This document shows, piece by piece, positions 37,001 through 45,256 of a stretch of 64,000 nucleotides of DNA. Source of the DNA: Gemmatimonadota bacterium (GTDB lineage Bacteria; Gemmatimonadota; Gemmatimonadetes; JACCXV01; JAHWKZ01); assembly GCA_050732935.1 (NCBI GenBank), contig JBOHRW010000224.1, forward strand, positions 2,220 to 66,219. Direction: 5' to 3'. Every line of letters begins with the position of its first letter. The first letter of the stretch is position 1. Under the pieces are notes generated by a model. It saw nothing but the letters and a program-made list of their open reading frames with translations, did not search any database and was not told where the DNA came from. Made by a program: the position numbers and the translations under genes.

Positions 37001-37178
37001 GCCGATGGCGATCGCGGTGATCGGCGGCCTCACGACATCGACGGTCCTGACGCTGCTGGTGATCCCGGTCGTCTATTCGCTGATGGATGACGGGATCCAG
37101 TGGGCGAAGGGCCGGGTAGGGGCGATGCAGGAGCACGGCTGGCGGGGGGCGTGGTCGCCGGCGCGGCCGGACAAGTGA
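34074..37178 (+). CDS. RND efflux permease (AcrB/MdtC-like)
   Basis: 1034 aa; FPDVDFP, GIVIDDAIVVLENI, GLVVKNSILLVD and RLRPILMTT. Confidence 0.97.
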   Translation: MQASDTAIRRPIFTIMLMTALVLFGILGYRALGINQFPDVDFPTVTVTTVLPGASPEVVESAVTDVIENELSAIEGIKHITSTSRLGVSNITVEFELDRNIDIAAQDVRAKVSVAEADLPRDTEPPSVSKLDISAQPIMWVAITGPDPQSIGEFARWTLRPRLQTVEGVGNILLGGYREREVRIWVDRDKLEGYDLTAGELVAALQQQNVEVPGGNLESGARETLVKIQGEVPTVDEFAGLIVAYRDGAPVRVGDVARVEDGLEPSLGAARYNRQTTLGLGIAPRSGANAVAVASAVRERLEELEPSFPESMQYHMAFDGSETIERSIADAQFELLYGAFFAMVVVLLFLRSWRSTIIIGLAIPTSLIGTFGFMELFGFTLNTFTVLALALAVGIVIDDAIVVLENIYRHMEEGTPPEEAASIGTDEIALAVAATTFSLAAVFLPVAFMEGIVGRFLFEFGVTVAVAIILSLVVALTLTPMLCSRLLHHEERRRNVVFKKIGEALDWTDARYRQGLDWVMGHRWTTIGIAALATVVGGVLFFFLPKELQPEVDESGFIIASETSVASSIEYTDQKQKELEDVVATIPEVEGFFSAIGLWGGSNQGFMFVALTEPGERDRAQHEIMDELRGRLNAVPGIRAFVSTFGSAFTGGGGSEPFQWVIQGPDLTLLNQYAETLMARLGEEVPGLVDMRTDMRLQKPEVRVEIDRDKASAMGIDVDQIANTINVLIGREEATIYKEGGHRYDVRVGVEDAQRNQPADIGLLSTRTASGELVRLGNIVRLQEDTGINVINRRDRQRAITVVGNLAEGASLGEAVEAAGRISQEILPDGYTTAVTGASETFQETLSSMLFALLLAAVITYMLLASQFESMIHPFTIMMAVPLAGIGALGLLLLTGQSVNLYSFIGLILLIGLVVKNSILLVDYTNQLRRRGVERDEAIKQAGPVRLRPILMTTLTVIFGVLPIALGLSEGAELRQPMAIAVIGGLTTSTVLTLLVIPVVYSLMDDGIQWAKGRVGAMQEHGWRGAWSPARPDK

Positions 37179-37626
37179 GCGCGAGATCATGCGCCCGACG
37201 GCACGGGGTTCTGCTCTACGGACTGGGAATGGCGGTCTTTGCTCCCGTCACCGCGGCGGGGCAGACCTACGGTTCGCCCCGGTCGCTGGTGATCGTGGGA
37301 GGGGCGTCGAAGTCTCGAGCCCGGCCTCGAGGTCTTCACCTACGAGTCCCAGTTCGATGAGCGACACACTTCTGTTGCCCGTAGTCCAGCTTCAGCTGGC
37401 GCGACGGGAGGGTCGCGTACGTCCCTATGGAGGGGTTGGTGGTGGCATCATGATCGACTTCTCCGACTCGGGAACGCACGGGGACTGGAAGCTGTCGGCC
37501 TCCGCGGGAACCCGGGTCGCGCTGTCCGAGGGTCTGGACCTGGTCGGCGAGCTGAGATTGAGGAGCCTCGCGCCGTGGAAGGGCACGATGGCGGACCTGG
37601 GGGTCGGCATGGCGTGGGGTTTTTGA
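37175..37626 (+). pseudogene. Outer-membrane beta-barrel pseudogene (deletion plus frameshift)
   Basis: Signal peptide and first strand in one frame; LEPGLEVFTYESQFDE in a second; DTLLLPVVQLQ..RPYGGVGGG..GMAWGF in the third. Confidence 0.6.
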
Positions 37627-37702
37627 AGCTCCAAGCGGTTGGCGCGTCTGGTGCGGCGGACCCGTGTCCGCTACGGCATGACTCCTCCAGGCGGCCGGTA
37701 CC

Positions 37703-38437
37703 TTATCCCCGGGTCGACGCGAGCTTCTCCAGGTACTCCCGGATCCGCGCGGCGTTCGTGCCCACGTCGCTACGGCCGACGCGCGAGACCGAGCGGACGT
37801 CGACCTGGGAGCCGCCCTGGGGCTGCTCGGTGACCCGGACGACGACGTCGTCCTTGAACCCGAACCAGAACGTGGTGTCGGTGGCCTCGATTCGGCCCTC
37901 GCGGCGGTCCCTGTCCACGATCTCCCAGCCCATGTCGCGCGCCGTCCTCACCGCCCGGCGAAAGACCTCCGCATGCGGAGCCTCGATGACGAGCGGTCCC
38001 AGCTCCGGGTAGCCCTCCCGCTGCTGGGCGGCGATCGAGTCGCCGCCGTACTCGGCCGGGTTCGGGGCGTCCGCGCGGAGCGGGAGGATCGCCTCGAACG
38101 GCGGCGGGTCCTCTAGATCCGTCGTGATGTCGTGGATCGGCGGAACGCTCTGGGCCGTCTGCCGCCATTGCCAGGGCACGTAAGCCGTGACCAGGCCGAT
38201 CGCGAGACCCAGCAGCGCGAGGACCACGCCGCGCCGCCGCGGGGCGCGCAGCGCGAGCACGACGCCGAGGAGCGAGACCGCGGCCGCGCCGATCGCGCCG
38301 TAGACCGCCCACCGCAGGACCTGGAAGCCCGTTCCATATTCCCACCAGCCCCACCGCGCGCCGAGCCCCGCCAGCATAGCGGCGACCGCAGCGGCCACCG
38401 CGAGGAGAAACCCCAGAACGGCAACTCGACTCTTCAT
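37703..38437 (-). CDS. DUF1499 domain membrane protein
   Basis: SD AAGGAGG; TM segments; PPIHDITTD, GRIEATDTTFWFGFKDDVVVRV and VDVRSVSRVGRSDVGTNAARI. Confidence 0.9.
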   Translation of the reverse strand: MKSRVAVLGFLLAVAAAVAAMLAGLGARWGWWEYGTGFQVLRWAVYGAIGAAAVSLLGVVLALRAPRRRGVVLALLGLAIGLVTAYVPWQWRQTAQSVPPIHDITTDLEDPPPFEAILPLRADAPNPAEYGGDSIAAQQREGYPELGPLVIEAPHAEVFRRAVRTARDMGWEIVDRDRREGRIEATDTTFWFGFKDDVVVRVTEQPQGGSQVDVRSVSRVGRSDVGTNAARIREYLEKLASTRG

Positions 38438-38613
38438 GACGACCTCCTTCGCTGGAAACACCCTTCCCGTAGGATCGTCCATCGCTCGCGACCGCGCCAG
38501 CCACACACGAGGAAGATGGTGGCCGAGACAGGGGGCTAGGAGGCCCGGATCCTGGGGGACCTGGCCATTAGCCTGCGTTTGACCATCGCGGAAGAGCCGG
38601 GTAGCCTCCCGCC

Positions 38614-40344
38614 ATGACCGCTGTCCCCATCCGAACCGAGACGCCGAACCCCCTGCCGTCATCGACCCGGATCGAGCTCCCGCTCGTCAGCAACAATTTG
38701 CCCGACGTCGAGCGCGAGACGATGGAGGTGGATGTCCTGATCGTGGGCGGCGGGCCGGCCGGGCTCGCGTGCGCGATCCGGCTCGCCCAGCTTGCCTCGG
38801 AGACGGGAACCGAGCTGTCGATCCTGCTTCTCGAGAAGGCGTCCTCCTTCGGCGGCCACCAGGTGTCCGGCGGCGTCATGGACCCCCGGGCCCTCAAGGA
38901 GCTCCTGCCCGACGCCGACCTCGACGAGATCCCCGTCTCCACGGAGGTCACGAAAGACGGCTTCTGGTATCTGACGCGGGGCCGCGCGCTGCAGAGCCCG
39001 ATCGTCCCGCCCATGTTCGTCAACAAGGGCAAGCGGATCATCTCGCTGGCCCAGGTCTGCAAGTGGATGGCGGCGCGGCTCGAGGAGATCGGCGGGGTCG
39101 ACATCTTCGCCGGCTTCGCCGCCGACCACCTGCTGTACGAGGGCGAGCGCGTCATCGGGGTCCAGACGCGGGACCAGGGGGTCGGCCGAAACGGCGAGGC
39201 CCGGCCCAACTACGAGCCTGGGTACGACCTGCGCGCCAAGGTCACCGTGGTCGCCGACGGCGTGCGCGGCAACCTCACCAAGGAGCTGGTGGCTCGAATG
39301 GGTCTCGAAGGTCCGAACCCGCAGGTCTACGAGACCGGGGTCAAGGAGATCTGGCGCGTCCGCCCCGAGGTCCACGAGCTGGGGACGGTGATCCACACGG
39401 TGGGCTGGCCGCTCGAAGCTTCGGAGTTCGGCGGCGGGTGGATCTACCACCTGCCCGACCACCTCGTCTCGGTCGGCCACGTGGGCGGGCTCGACTCCGC
39501 CGATCCCTACTTCGATCCCCATCGCAAGTTCCAGGAGTTCAAGATCCATCGGGCTGTAAGCCGGATCCTGGAGGACGGCGAGATGATCGAGTACGGGGCC
39601 AAGGCGATCCCGCTCGGCGGCTGGTATGCGATCCCGCGCCTGACGGTAGACGGGGCGCTCCTCGCGGGCGATTCGGCGGGGCTCCTGAACAGCCAGAAGC
39701 TCAAGGGCATCCACCTGGCGATGAAGAGCGGGATGCTGGCGGCGGAGGCTGCGCTCGAGGCGGTGGGCGCGGGCGACACGTCGGCGGCCGCGCTGGGCGC
39801 CTACGACGAGGCGGTCCGCGAGTCGTACATCGGCCAGGACCTCCGTAAGGTCCGGAACGTCCACCAGGCGATGGCGCTGGGTGGGCGGTGGGTGGGCATG
39901 CTCCGGGTCGGCCTGCAGTGGGTCACGGGCGGCCGCGACTGGGCCGACGGGCTCCCCTCCGAGGAGGACCACGAGGGCTACGAGACCCTGGAGGAGCACT
40001 ACGGGAGCCGCGATGCGGAGGCCCCCGAGGAGGGCTTCAACGGCACGCTGACGTTCGACAAGGTGACCGACGTCTACCATTCCGGGGCCGCCCACGACGA
40101 GGATCAGCCGAGCCACCTGGTCGTCCTCGACACCGACATCTGCCGGAACCGCTGCACGGTCGAGTACGGCAACCCGTGCGTCCAGTTCTGTCCGGCCCAC
40201 GTCTACGAGTGGGTGGACGGGGACCTGAAGCTGAACCCATCCAATTGCGTCCACTGCAAGACCTGCGACATCCGGGATCCCTACCAGATCATCTTCTGGG
40301 TGCCGCCCGAGGGCGGGGGCGGGCCGCGCCAGACGTACGCCTGA
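38614..40344 (+). CDS. Electron transfer flavoprotein-ubiquinone oxidoreductase
   Basis: VGGGPAG FAD site, GDSAG, KGIHLAMKSG; C-terminal 4Fe-4S motifs FCPAHVY and CVHCKTCDI. Confidence 0.95.
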   Translation: MTAVPIRTETPNPLPSSTRIELPLVSNNLPDVERETMEVDVLIVGGGPAGLACAIRLAQLASETGTELSILLLEKASSFGGHQVSGGVMDPRALKELLPDADLDEIPVSTEVTKDGFWYLTRGRALQSPIVPPMFVNKGKRIISLAQVCKWMAARLEEIGGVDIFAGFAADHLLYEGERVIGVQTRDQGVGRNGEARPNYEPGYDLRAKVTVVADGVRGNLTKELVARMGLEGPNPQVYETGVKEIWRVRPEVHELGTVIHTVGWPLEASEFGGGWIYHLPDHLVSVGHVGGLDSADPYFDPHRKFQEFKIHRAVSRILEDGEMIEYGAKAIPLGGWYAIPRLTVDGALLAGDSAGLLNSQKLKGIHLAMKSGMLAAEAALEAVGAGDTSAAALGAYDEAVRESYIGQDLRKVRNVHQAMALGGRWVGMLRVGLQWVTGGRDWADGLPSEEDHEGYETLEEHYGSRDAEAPEEGFNGTLTFDKVTDVYHSGAAHDEDQPSHLVVLDTDICRNRCTVEYGNPCVQFCPAHVYEWVDGDLKLNPSNCVHCKTCDIRDPYQIIFWVPPEGGGGPRQTYA

Positions 40345-40357
40345 GAGCCGGTCGCGC

Positions 40358-41188
40358 ATGACCCGTCGTCAATTCCTGGCTGCGCTCGCCGGCGGCGCCT
40401 TCGTCGCTTCCGGCGTCGACGCTTTCGCGATCGAGCCCGGCCGGCTGACCGTGACCCGTCACGCGTTCGGCGCGGGTGACGGGGGCGGCGCGTCCGGCGC
40501 GGGCGGCGGAGCCACTCTGCGGCTCGTCCAGCTCACCGACCTCCACCTGCACGAGGTCGGCGACCACGAGGCCGAGGTGGCGCGGGCGGTGCGGCGGCTC
40601 GAGCCCGATCTGGTCCTCTGCACCGGGGACATGATCGAGCGCGAGGAGGACCTGGGTCTCCTCGGGGCCTTCCTGGACCTCCTCGATCCGGATACTCGCA
40701 AGCTGGGGATCTTCGGCAACTGGGAGCGCTGGGCGAAGATCGATCCCGCCCGGCTGGCCGAAGTCTACAAAGGGCGCAACGGCCGCCTGCTCGTGAACGA
40801 GACGTTCCAGGAAACGCACGGCGGGCGGCCCTACGCGATCACCGGGCTCGACGACCTGGCTCGCGGCCGCCCCGATCTCGATCGGGCTGTGGAAGGTGTC
40901 GATCCCGGGCCGAACCACCTCCTCCTCGAGCACTGTCCAGCCTTCCGCGATGCGATCCCCGACGGCTCCGGACCGGGGTGGATGCTGGCCGGGCACACAC
41001 ATGGGGGACAGATCACGCTGTTCGGCTGGGCGCCCGTGCGACCCCATGGGAGCGGCCGCTACGTGGCGGGCTGGTATCGGGATGCAAGGCCCGCCATGTA
41101 CGTCTGCCGCGGCATCGGGACGGTGGGGATCCCGGCCCGCTTCTTCGCGCCGCCCGAGGTGGCGGCGTTCGACTGGAGGCTGGCATGA
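40358..41188 (+). CDS. Metallophosphoesterase (YkuE-like), Tat-signal candidate
   Basis: TRRQFL; TDLH, TGDM, GNWE, EHCP and GHTHGGQ. Confidence 0.88.
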   Translation: MTRRQFLAALAGGAFVASGVDAFAIEPGRLTVTRHAFGAGDGGGASGAGGGATLRLVQLTDLHLHEVGDHEAEVARAVRRLEPDLVLCTGDMIEREEDLGLLGAFLDLLDPDTRKLGIFGNWERWAKIDPARLAEVYKGRNGRLLVNETFQETHGGRPYAITGLDDLARGRPDLDRAVEGVDPGPNHLLLEHCPAFRDAIPDGSGPGWMLAGHTHGGQITLFGWAPVRPHGSGRYVAGWYRDARPAMYVCRGIGTVGIPARFFAPPEVAAFDWRLA

Positions 41189-41204
41189 AGCGACCTGGGC
41201 CGGC

Positions 41205-42899
41205 ATGAAGGACCTCGAAGCCCGCCTGGCGAGATGGGTCGAAGCCGGGCTCGTCACCGAGGAGCAGGCGAGCGCGATCCGGGCGACCGAGCGAGCCGAG
41301 GGAGCGGCCTCGGGGAGCTCCCTGGCGGCGACCGCCCTCGGCTACCTCGGCGCGTCGGTAGCCCTGGTGGGCGGGGTGGTGGCCGCGTCGCGAAGCTGGT
41401 CCGAGATGGGGACGGGATCGCGGCTCGCCCTCACCGGCGGCGCCACGCTGCTCCTCCTGGTGGCGGGGTGGGTCGCCCGTCGATGCGACCACCCGGCGCT
41501 CCGCTCCCTCGACGGCTTCCTCTGGTTTCTCTCGGCCGGCGGCGCGGCGTTCACGGCCGGGCTGGTGGGTCACGACGTGCTCGAGATGGAAGGGCGCTCG
41601 GTGGTGCTCCTGGCGGGCTCCGCGACCGCGCTGTGGGCCCTTCCCCTGTGGCGGATTCGCCCCGGGCCGCTCCAGGAGATCGCCGTGGTCGTCGGGCTGG
41701 CCGTCTTCGTCGAGGCGCTCCTGCATCACCTGCCGGGCCCTCCCGACGAGCTCCACGGCCTTCCGCTGTGGGGACTCGGAGCGGTCTGGGCCCTGCTCGC
41801 GTGGGGCAGGCTGCTCCCCGAACGCCGAAGCTCGTTCCCGCTCGCGGGGGTCGCGCTGCTCCTCGGTGCTCAGATCCTGTCGTTCGGCTGGCGAGACGCC
41901 GGACTGGCCTTGGGCGTAGGCACCGCGGTCACACTCCTGGCGGCCAGCGTCGGGCTGAAGTCCATGCTGCCCCTCGGCTTCGGCGCCGCCGGCGTGCTTC
42001 TGTTCCTCCCGCAGATCGTCTTCGAGTACCTGGGCGACACGCTGGGGGTGCCGTTGGCCTTGCTGGTCTGCGGCGTGGCGCTCCTCGGGGCGGCGCTCCT
42101 GACGGCACGGCTCAAGGGGACGGTCCGGGAGGAGGTTCCGGCGGAGAGCCGGGTCGGGGGCGGGGGGGTTAGGAGGCGGGCGGCATACGCCGCGATCGGG
42201 ACGGTCCTGGTCGTCGCCGGCGCGGTATGGGTTTTCGGCGTGGCCCCGCTTCCCGACTATCCGTCGCTGGCCGCCCACCCCGACCCGTCGATCCCCGGCC
42301 GGGTCGCCTTCCTGCGTTGGGGGACGGCGCCCTGCCTGTTCGTCGTCCCGGCCAGCGGGGGCGAGCCGCGTCGGCTGCGCTGCGCGAACGGGGAAGAGGA
42401 TGCGGACTGGTTGGGCGGCCCGCTGGGCTGGACCGGGGACCGGAGGATCGTCGTCCACGCGTTTGGTCCTTCCGGCCCCCGGGCTCTGGTTCTCGACCCG
42501 GAAACCGGCCGCGTGATCGAGCGCATCCAGATCGACGAGCCGCTCTTCTCCCGTCCCCTGCCGGCGGACGGGAGCGTCGGTCCCGCTGGCGCTCGGCTTC
42601 TGGTAAATCGCTCCGACAGGGCGGCGACCCTGGGGATCGCTCCGCCCGACGGCTCCCCGCTCGAGGTCGCCCGCGTCACCGGCCCGCCTGGGTACGCGTT
42701 CACCGACGCGCACTGGTCGAGTGACGGCGAGTGGATTCTGATCCGCGACTCGAACCAGAACCTGCTCGTCGCCCGCGCCCGGGAGGGTGCCCCCGTTTGG
42801 CTGCTGGCGGAGCGCGTCACCGGACCCTACGCCTGGCACGTGCCCGGGCTCGCCGCGCACGCGGTCGACCTCGATTCGCTGCGCGCCGCGGCCCGATGA
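41205..42899 (+). CDS. DUF2157 membrane protein with C-terminal TolB-like propeller segment
   Basis: LARWVEAGLVTEEQASAIRA N-terminus, many TM segments, then a soluble beta-rich domain (HWSSDGEWILI). Confidence 0.72.
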   Translation: MKDLEARLARWVEAGLVTEEQASAIRATERAEGAASGSSLAATALGYLGASVALVGGVVAASRSWSEMGTGSRLALTGGATLLLLVAGWVARRCDHPALRSLDGFLWFLSAGGAAFTAGLVGHDVLEMEGRSVVLLAGSATALWALPLWRIRPGPLQEIAVVVGLAVFVEALLHHLPGPPDELHGLPLWGLGAVWALLAWGRLLPERRSSFPLAGVALLLGAQILSFGWRDAGLALGVGTAVTLLAASVGLKSMLPLGFGAAGVLLFLPQIVFEYLGDTLGVPLALLVCGVALLGAALLTARLKGTVREEVPAESRVGGGGVRRRAAYAAIGTVLVVAGAVWVFGVAPLPDYPSLAAHPDPSIPGRVAFLRWGTAPCLFVVPASGGEPRRLRCANGEEDADWLGGPLGWTGDRRIVVHAFGPSGPRALVLDPETGRVIERIQIDEPLFSRPLPADGSVGPAGARLLVNRSDRAATLGIAPPDGSPLEVARVTGPPGYAFTDAHWSSDGEWILIRDSNQNLLVARAREGAPVWLLAERVTGPYAWHVPGLAAHAVDLDSLRAAAR

Positions 42900-43600
42900 G
42901 GCGGGCGGTTTCGATCGTGAGCAGCCGCTGGCTGGTGGCCCGCGGAGCGGCCTGGGTGCGGCGGCGACGGAGGGCCCATCGACCGTTCGCCCAGCCGCTC
43001 GCGGCGGACCTGCGCCGGGCCTTCGAGCCCTACTTCGAGCCGGCGACGCTGGAGGCGACGAGGGTGCACCGTGTTCCGCGCATCGATCCTCCGTGGCCGG
43101 TGGCGGTCGCGGGTCGCCTGCGCCCACTCTCGCTCGACTTCGGCCACGTCTGGGGAATCACCTACATCGACACGGTCGTGATGGCGACCGACGTCCTCGA
43201 CGAGACCCGGTTGGAGGAGTGCCTCTTCCACGAGTGCGTGCACGTGGCGCAGTATCGCCTCCACGGGCTGAACGGCTTCATCGAGCGGTACGTGCGGGAG
43301 TGGGCGGAGGCCGGCTGGCGCTATCGGGGGATCGACCTGGAGCGCGAGGCCTACTCCCTCCAGCGCCGCTACGCGGCCGGGGGCGTGTTTCGGGTCGCGG
43401 ACGAGCTGGTGCCGCAACCGCAGCCGTGCGACGGCCCGACCGCGGAGCCCCTCAGTACGGATAGAACGCATAGAACAATGCCGAAAGGCCGCCCAGCACC
43501 CACATCCCAGCCCTCACCTCGGAGGCCTGGCCGGTCAGGGACTTCAGCAGGACGTGGCTCAGGAAGCCCGCCGTCAGGCCGATCCCCAGGTCGTAGGTGA
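42896..43600 (+). CDS. HExxH zincin-like protein (DUF4157-like)
   Basis: ATGA overlap; GITYIDTV, LFHECVHVAQY and LEREAY. The 3' end runs into the convergent permease. Confidence 0.7.
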   Translation: MRRAVSIVSSRWLVARGAAWVRRRRRAHRPFAQPLAADLRRAFEPYFEPATLEATRVHRVPRIDPPWPVAVAGRLRPLSLDFGHVWGITYIDTVVMATDVLDETRLEECLFHECVHVAQYRLHGLNGFIERYVREWAEAGWRYRGIDLEREAYSLQRRYAAGGVFRVADELVPQPQPCDGPTAEPLSTDRTHRTMPKGRPAPTSQPSPRRPGRSGTSAGRGSGSPPSGRSPGRR

Positions 43601-44729
43601 AGCTCATGAGGGCGATGGTGAGGAAAGCGGGCACGAGCTCGACCGGGTCGTCGAAGGGAAGCCCCGCGACCGGCTCCAGCATCAGCATGCCGACCATGAC
43701 CAGGGCCGGCCCGTAGGCCGCGGCCGGAACGGCCGAGAGGAGGGGCGCGAAGAAGAGGGCCGCCAGGAACCAGAGCGCCGTGACCAGGGCCGTCCGCCCG
43801 GTCCGCCCACCGGCCTCGATCCCGGCCGCCGACTCGATGTACGTCCCCGTCGTCGTCGTCCCCAGAAGCGCCCCCGCCACCGTGGCCAGCGCGTCGCACT
43901 GGAGGACACGCTCCATGCCTGGGAAACGGCCCTCCTCATCGAGAAGATCCGTCTTCCATGCCAGGCCGAGGACGGTCCCGATCGTGTCCACCAGGTCGAG
44001 CACGAAGACCGTCAGGATGACCGACGCGAAGCCCCACGTGAAGGCGGCCCCGATGTCCAGGGCAAGGAAGGTGGGACCGAGGTCCGGGGGCGCGCTCATG
44101 ATTCCCTCGGGCAGGGGAGACAGGCCGAGGAGCATGGCGGTCGCCGCGGTGGCGAGGATGGCGAGCAGGATGCCCCCCGGGACGCGCAACAAATGCAGCA
44201 GGACCATGAGCGTGAAGCCGGCGACGGCGACCATGACCGCGGGATCGCGGAGATCCCCGACGCGGACGGGAACATCCCCCGCCCCGCTCGCCACGATCCC
44301 CATCGTGGTCAAGCCGATGAAGGCCAGGAAGAGCCCGATCCCGACCGCGAACGAGCGCTTGAGACTGTCGGGGATCGAATCGGCAAGCCACTGGCGGGTT
44401 TTGAAGAGCGAGAGGAGCGTGAAGAGCGAGCCGCCGATGAAGACGGCCCCCAGGGCGGTCTGCCAGGGATGGCCCAGCACGCCGACCACCGTATAGGCGA
44501 TGAACGCGTTCTGGCCCATGTAGGGGGCGACCGCGAACGGGCGCCGCGCCCAGACGCCCATCAGCAGGGTGCCGAAAGCGGCGCTCAGGATGGTGGCCAC
44601 CATCGACGGACCGAAGGGGATCCCGGCCGCCTCGAGGATCTTGGGATTGACGACGATGATGTAGGCCATCGTCGCGAACGTCGTCGTGCCCGCCAGCGCC
44701 TCGCGACGCCATATTCCCCAGCGCTCCAT
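43452..44729 (-). CDS. NCS2 family permease (AzgA/PbuG purine-type)
   Basis: SD AAGGAGG; AGTTTFATMAYIIVVNP, APYMGQNAF, GIGLFLAFIGL and YIESAAGIEAGGRTG. Confidence 0.93.
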   Translation of the reverse strand: MERWGIWRREALAGTTTFATMAYIIVVNPKILEAAGIPFGPSMVATILSAAFGTLLMGVWARRPFAVAPYMGQNAFIAYTVVGVLGHPWQTALGAVFIGGSLFTLLSLFKTRQWLADSIPDSLKRSFAVGIGLFLAFIGLTTMGIVASGAGDVPVRVGDLRDPAVMVAVAGFTLMVLLHLLRVPGGILLAILATAATAMLLGLSPLPEGIMSAPPDLGPTFLALDIGAAFTWGFASVILTVFVLDLVDTIGTVLGLAWKTDLLDEEGRFPGMERVLQCDALATVAGALLGTTTTGTYIESAAGIEAGGRTGRTALVTALWFLAALFFAPLLSAVPAAAYGPALVMVGMLMLEPVAGLPFDDPVELVPAFLTIALMSFTYDLGIGLTAGFLSHVLLKSLTGQASEVRAGMWVLGGLSALFYAFYPY

Positions 44730-44848
44730 GCCGCCTCCTTCCGGTCGCTTCTGCGACGGGGTTCGGCCCCGGCGGGAGATCGCCGCTGCGATCTGCCGGA
44801 AGCCCCTTATATTGGGGCCGTCGCAATTCACCCGAAAGGAGGCACGAC

Positions 44849-45256
44849 TTGCACGATCAGCCCAGTTCGTCGGATACCGCGGGCATGGACCCCCGCCTGG
44901 CGGGGCTCCTCTCGTACCTCGTCCCCCCCATCACCGGGATCATCTTCTTCCTGATCGAGAAGCGTGACGACGTCGTGCGCTGGCACGCGGCGCAGTCGAT
45001 CGTCTTCGGTATCGCCTGGATCGCTGTCTGGATCCTGTTCACGATCTTGTCGACGGTCTTGTCCACCGTGATCCCGTTCCTGGGCTGGATCTTCGGCTTC
45101 CTGATGATGATCGTGCTGGCGTTGGGTGGCCTCATCCTGTGGGTCGTCTGCCTGATCAAGGGCTACTCCGGCCAGAAGTGGCGGATGCCCGTTCTGGCGC
45201 CGTACGCCGACAAGATCTACGGCTCGGGCGCCGCTCCGGGAGGTTCATCGGTCTGA
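44849..45256 (+). CDS. DUF4870 family membrane protein
   Basis: TTG behind SD AAGGAGG; LAGLLSYL, VVRWHAAQS and KGYSGQKWRMPV. Confidence 0.85.
   Translation: MHDQPSSSDTAGMDPRLAGLLSYLVPPITGIIFFLIEKRDDVVRWHAAQSIVFGIAWIAVWILFTILSTVLSTVIPFLGWIFGFLMMIVLALGGLILWVVCLIKGYSGQKWRMPVLAPYADKIYGSGAAPGGSSV

Noticed and set aside
44752-44825. Canonical purine riboswitch
   Set aside because: The J2/3 UUUCUAC and L3 motifs are absent; kept only as a low-confidence variant.
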